Both the position numbers and the translations under genes were made by a program. Shown here one piece after another: positions 35,807-39,772 of a stretch of 39,772 nt of DNA (positions are counted from its first letter, which is position 1; each line of letters begins with the position of its first letter). The notes beneath the pieces are model-generated. The model ran no database searches. It worked only from the letters and a program-made list of their open reading frames with translations, and was not told the origin of the DNA. Source of the stretch: Candidatus Azambacteria bacterium. Its GTDB lineage: Bacteria; Patescibacteriota; Minisyncoccia; GWC2-36-17; JACQAJ01. Location of the stretch: the NCBI GenBank assembly GCA_016195045.1, contig JACQAJ010000022.1, positions 1 through 39,772 on the forward strand, in the 5' to 3' direction.

Positions 35807-36374
35807 AGTTTTTTTGGTATTGAGCGACTCGCTTTATTAATTGCTTGTTATCGTAAATCTTGGCCAGCTCCAAGCACGTCTCCCAGTTAATAGATCGCAA
35901 GTTGTCAAAATAAAATTTAGGAGATAAATAAATGGTATCAAGAAATGCCCGCTCCGGTGTAGCGATACTGTAATTTTTTTCATTCTTAACGCCAAGTGCA
36001 TTGAAGAGAACGCTATCTTTCAGTTTTCTAAATGTAATTGTATGATTGCCAATCTTTTTTACAGTGGGATAGGGACCGGCTACAAAAATCGAGTCATGAT
36101 GTTGGAAAATAATACCGGCTTCTCGAAGGACTATCTCAAAACTTATGTAGGAGGGAGTATAGATACTCGTTGCCAATTCCTTCGGATTGTAATTTTTATC
36201 TTTTGCAAAAACACCGCGAGTCAGACGGATCAGTGATCCTTCTTTGGCGTAGTATTTAATCTTTGAGATAAGGTTAACTGTATTAGTTTCCTCCCAAATC
36301 AAAGCGATATCCTTTATGGTCAGGATTGTCTTAAGAGATTCGTATAATTTGGCAATAAGATTGTTGGTAGCCAT
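35796..36374 (-). CDS. AbiEi-family type IV antitoxin / transcriptional regulator
   Basis: The N-terminal winged-helix block ends in EGSLIRLTRGVFA. Its position is immediately 5' of the AbiEii gene. Confidence 0.75.
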   Translation of the reverse strand: MATNNLIAKLYESLKTILTIKDIALIWEETNTVNLISKIKYYAKEGSLIRLTRGVFAKDKNYNPKELATSIYTPSYISFEIVLREAGIIFQHHDSIFVAGPYPTVKKIGNHTITFRKLKDSVLFNALGVKNEKNYSIATPERAFLDTIYLSPKFYFDNLRSINWETCLELAKIYDNKQLIKRVAQYQKNYAQ

Positions 36375-36387
36375 ATATCAACATGTT

Positions 36388-36445
36388 TAATGGAAAGGTG
36401 ATATTTCCACCTCTCCATTATATATTATTAAATAAAGGCCGTCAA
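36388..36445 (-). promoter_or_regulatory. abiE promoter with overlapping 13-bp inverted-repeat operator
   Basis: Minus strand TTGACG (36445-36440), 17-nt spacer, TATAAT (36422-36417). The palindrome taatggaaaggtg / atatttc / cacctctccatta (36388-36420) overlaps the -10 box and ends 14 nt before the ATG. Confidence 0.5.
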
Positions 36446-36584
36446 ACGGTATTAGTCCAATACGATAGTTACGACGGAAGGTACTAGCTGTCACGGCTGC
36501 GAAGATTGCACTGATTGCTCCAAAAAGTAAGTGTTCTTCCCCTTCAAGGGACAAGGAGTGTAGTAAGATATTTTTGCTACACTC

Positions 36585-37403
36585 CTACTTTTTTATAAAA
36601 GAAGATTCAATAAAAATATTTTTCGGCTTCATTCCCATAATTTCTTTCCAAGACTTGTTAGGAAAGATTTTACGAAATGATTTGATTATTCTGTAACCAA
36701 TTGAATAACCTGTCCATCTTTTATATTTTTTATTTCCAAAAAAAACATCTCGATATAAATGATATCCTCTTGAATTTAGTGAACTATTTAATAAAGAAAA
36801 AGTTAACTTACATTCTTTTTCATTTAGTGCTTTAGACCACAAAGCTGGTTGCCCACCAATTATTTCTTCTCTAAAATTTTCAGCAAGACCCTCAAAAATC
36901 ATTATATCAAAAAGTGTCTGATTATGTTTATGATAATAAAAAAACACAGAGTGATTTAATTCATGAGCAATTGTTTTTTCCAATGACCTAAGAGAAAATT
37001 TTTCTAATGAAATAAATAGATGAATGGTATTGGTAAACGGAGTAAATCCAGTTACACCTTCAAATGCTTTATTATATGGTGTATTAAGCCAGGAAAAGAT
37101 GAATACAAAAAATGGTAAATTTGGTAATGGTAATTGTTCGTTACATTTTTTTATCGTTAATCGGATAATTCTCTCAATTCTTTCTTGGTTGTAAGTATTT
37201 AATTGTTGATATTTTTTAACAATATCGTCGGTAAACCGATAGGAAAGATATTTAGTTAACTCTGTTTTTTTGCGGTAACCAGCATATCCTATTTTTCTAT
37301 TCAACTTAATACTACCAACAATAATTTTAACAAAAGATTCTTTATTCATTTCAAAGACATTAGGAAAACAAAATTTGATTTTTATAGTATTAGATTGAAT
37401 CAT
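36585..37403 (-). CDS. DUF2268-like predicted Zn-metalloprotease
   Basis: HExxH motif (IAHELNHSV) followed by the FEGLAENF block. I prefer the start at ATG 37403 (MIQSNTIKIKF). The ORF-track start at 37478 abuts the inverted repeat at 37482. Confidence 0.65.
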   Translation of the reverse strand: MIQSNTIKIKFCFPNVFEMNKESFVKIIVGSIKLNRKIGYAGYRKKTELTKYLSYRFTDDIVKKYQQLNTYNQERIERIIRLTIKKCNEQLPLPNLPFFVFIFSWLNTPYNKAFEGVTGFTPFTNTIHLFISLEKFSLRSLEKTIAHELNHSVFFYYHKHNQTLFDIMIFEGLAENFREEIIGGQPALWSKALNEKECKLTFSLLNSSLNSRGYHLYRDVFFGNKKYKRWTGYSIGYRIIKSFRKIFPNKSWKEIMGMKPKNIFIESSFIKK

Positions 37404-37481
37404 ATTAAAATAATAACAAAAAAAATGAGTGTGGTATATAGTTAAATATATCATGTCGTACCAAAATGATAATGTCATAGT

Positions 37482-37709
37482 AAACCAAGACTAGAAATGT
37501 CATACCCTTAATCATTGTGCCATAATTTACCTAGGTCGCAAAAATTTAGTAACCTAGTAAAAATTATGGAACAACAATTAATCACTATGACTCTTGATCA
37601 TCCCTAGAGAAATCAATTAACAAGAAATATTTCACCAAGAAAAAGTCGCACAAATTTAAATTTAAAAAATTCCAAATTTGTCAAGGTATGACATTTCTAG
37701 TCTTGGTTT
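37482..37709. repeat. 228-bp element bounded by perfect 25-bp inverted repeats (MITE-like or invertible segment)
   Basis: aaaccaagactagaaatgtcatacc at 37482-37506 is the exact reverse complement of 37685-37709. There is also an internal nested repeat, ccataattt .. aaattatgg. Confidence 0.8.
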
Positions 37710-38071
37710 GACAGAGACACGGAGACAGACTCGCCTTCAATCATCTATTCTGTGAATAAATCTAAACTTAAAAACTAGTTTTGGAATATCTCAATAAAAC
37801 CAAGCTCTGCGCTTTATGAGTTAATAATCTTTAAAAAACTAAAAAAGATTTTATCAATCATTGGACATTTAGGAGATAAAGACCAGTGACTTATCCCCGA
37901 CTGCAACTCGTTTTTATCATTATCTTACTTATAAATTAACCTACCCAATGTGACAACATTCCGATAAAAAGAAAAAAATCTTCAAAGACCAAAAAGAATT
38001 AAGTAAACACTCGCTCCAGTAAAGCCCAGTCGGTCATTCTAATTGAAATATCTGATACAATAAAGAAGAAT

Positions 38072-38998
38072 TTACTCTGTTTTCAAGCCTTCTTTTTTTT
38101 CTTTAGATATTATTTGTTTTGGTTGATAGTCAGGAGTATACCAACCAATTCCATTATTTTCTCCAGCACGTTGTCGAATACGTGAGGCTGTTGGTTTTGA
38201 AACATTGAATCGTTGCATAATTTCTTTAAGCGGTGTATTAAGTTCGATTTGTACTTCTATCCTTTCCGAGTTACGAATTTCACGATCAATTTCAGCATTT
38301 AAACGAATATTCTTACCAATAGGAATATTATAAGACTGTAAATTACTGATATCAAACCTTTTGTGTACTATTGCTATTGCCGCTTGCAATAACCGACGAG
38401 CTTTTGATTCGGTAATTTCCATTTTCCAGCCTATTTCTAGAGTATTTCTACCTTGTAGATAGAATTCAAAAGCTTGCCATTCAAGCTCTGATTCTACTCG
38501 ATCATCTAAAATAACATCCCGACATTTTTCATAATGTTCTTTAAACCACCCGGCTTCATGATATTTTTCCCAAAAGTTTTCGGCAAGGGCAATGTCATAG
38601 GATTCATCATAATCTTCTCCATGTTCCAAGGAAACTTCTTTATGACTCCGTCCAGCAGTTAATCCATAATTTGTCATAAAATGATATATATGTCTCCCAA
38701 AAGATTGTAAAATCTCAATAAACTGTTCTTTGGGTAAATTTCTATAATCTATCTTATCCCCATTATTTTCTTGTGGACAATGATCTAGGAGAAAAATGGC
38801 TACTTCCTGATATAAATCTTCTGGTAACACCTGATTCAACCATTCATTATAACGTCTAATTTGTGCGCGTAATACCGGAGACAATTCATGTTCAGGAAAT
38901 CTTCTACCAGCTACTTCTTCAATCTTTCCACCCCAAAAAGATTCCTCATTTCCCGAGGGGGGGGTATTTCCGTTTTCTAATTTTATTTCTTCGTTCAT
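38072..38998 (-). CDS. Hypothetical protein with sigma-70 region-4-like HTH plus a second C-terminal HTH
   Basis: LEWQAFEFYLQGRNTLEIGWKMEITESKARRLLQAAIAIV resembles sigma region 4. TPLKEIMQRFNVSKPTASRIRQRA is a second HTH. I recognise no family for the N-terminal half. Confidence 0.55.
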   Translation of the reverse strand: MNEEIKLENGNTPPSGNEESFWGGKIEEVAGRRFPEHELSPVLRAQIRRYNEWLNQVLPEDLYQEVAIFLLDHCPQENNGDKIDYRNLPKEQFIEILQSFGRHIYHFMTNYGLTAGRSHKEVSLEHGEDYDESYDIALAENFWEKYHEAGWFKEHYEKCRDVILDDRVESELEWQAFEFYLQGRNTLEIGWKMEITESKARRLLQAAIAIVHKRFDISNLQSYNIPIGKNIRLNAEIDREIRNSERIEVQIELNTPLKEIMQRFNVSKPTASRIRQRAGENNGIGWYTPDYQPKQIISKEKKEGLKTE

Positions 38999-39147
38999 AA
39001 GTTTTTAAAAATAATTATTGGGATTCGTATTTCTTAATTAAAATTCATGTGTATAGTAATATGATACCATCATTTAAAATTAATAGCAAATCCAAGTCTT
39101 GTCTAATACAAGATGATACCCAAATGAATCTTGATTATAACACAAAA

Positions 39148-39772
39148 TGAAGTGGTCCTGGTTGTCTAGACAGTAATTGTGGATAATTTGTGTTGAACTG
39201 ATGGCGTTAAGATTTTGGATTTTTCTTTCGACCTTTGAAAATTAAAATACATATTAGCAGGGGTTTGTTTATTTAATGACTGGTGCTTTCGTTTATGGTT
39301 ATAAAACAAGAAGTATTCAGTTAGCCCAGTCTTGGCTTCATTAATATTTTGATAAGATTTTAAGTAAACATTTTCATATTTAACCGTTCGCCATAATCGT
39401 TCAGTGAAGATATTATCCAGACAACGACCTCGACCATTCATACTAATTTTAACCTTTTTATCTTGAAGTGGTTTCAGAAATTGTTCTGAAGTAAAATGGG
39501 AACCTTGATCGGAATGGATAATTTCTGGAGTCTCATATTTTAACTGAGCCTGATCGAGAGCTTCAATAATTAATTTAGTATCGTGTCGAGTCGAAGTCAC
39601 CCAGCCAACTATCTCTCGAGTGAAGGCATCGACAACGGTGGCTAGGTAAATAAATCTTCCTAGGAACCAAAGATAAGTGAAATCTGAGACCCAAACTTGA
39701 CTAGGACGATTGATTATTAGACTCTTAATTAAGTTAGGAATCATCGCATTCTTTTGACCTTGGTCAGATTTT
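39148..39772 (-). mobile_element. Partial IS3-family insertion sequence (3' end inside window)
   Basis: The OrfB-type transposase ends at 39166. The sequence tgaagtggtcctggttg starting at 39148 looks like an IS3-family terminus, which begins with 5'-TG. As far as I recall it resembles IS911-type ends. Confidence 0.6.
39166..39772 (-). CDS. IS3-family transposase OrfB (DDE / rve integrase core), 5' end outside window
   Basis: VWVSDFTYL, HSDQGSHFTS and YNHKRKHQSL blocks. The frame stays open upstream of the ORF-track Met to the window edge (..KSDQGQKNAMIPN). Confidence 0.9.
   Translation of the reverse strand, partial: KSDQGQKNAMIPNLIKSLIINRPSQVWVSDFTYLWFLGRFIYLATVVDAFTREIVGWVTSTRHDTKLIIEALDQAQLKYETPEIIHSDQGSHFTSEQFLKPLQDKKVKISMNGRGRCLDNIFTERLWRTVKYENVYLKSYQNINEAKTGLTEYFLFYNHKRKHQSLNKQTPANMYFNFQRSKEKSKILTPSVQHKLSTITV

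Noticed and set aside
1-39772. Whole window as a composite transposon bounded by the two edge IS elements
   Set aside because: The two elements belong to different families (IS256 and IS3). The interior is core housekeeping DNA.

Overview
This is a low-GC bacterial window dominated by a minus-strand housekeeping backbone. No rRNA, tRNA or CRISPR array was found. The backbone runs rpoB-rpoC (2.9-9.9 kb), argS, pyrH, tsaC, a LOG-family gene, then tuf and the S10/spc ribosomal-protein cluster through secY (21.9-34.8 kb). L30 is absent between S5 and L15, S14 is the zinc type, and the gene set looks reduced, which fits a Patescibacteria/CPR-like genome (inference only).

Both window edges carry partial insertion sequences: IS256 family on the left, IS3 family on the right. 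The accessory DNA holds:
- several decayed genes: a frameshifted patatin, an AAA/DUF4143 ATPase with an internal deletion, an AstE/AspA gene with an in-frame TGA, and hicAB remnants
- an intact AbiEi/AbiEii module with a promoter-overlapping palindrome
- a DUF2268 metalloprotease
- a 228-bp element bounded by perfect 25-bp inverted repeats
- an orphan sigma-region-4-like/HTH protein

The most unusual signal is in the ribosomal-protein operon. In 16 of 21 junctions, and also in the rpoB-rpoC spacer and at the pyrH 3' end, the spacer is filled from stop codon to start codon by a long imperfect hairpin. The hairpin arms are tandem heptanucleotide repeats. These elements fall into several sequence families, copies within a family are 95-99% identical, and one family occurs in both orientations. 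They also inflate several ORF-track N-termini.
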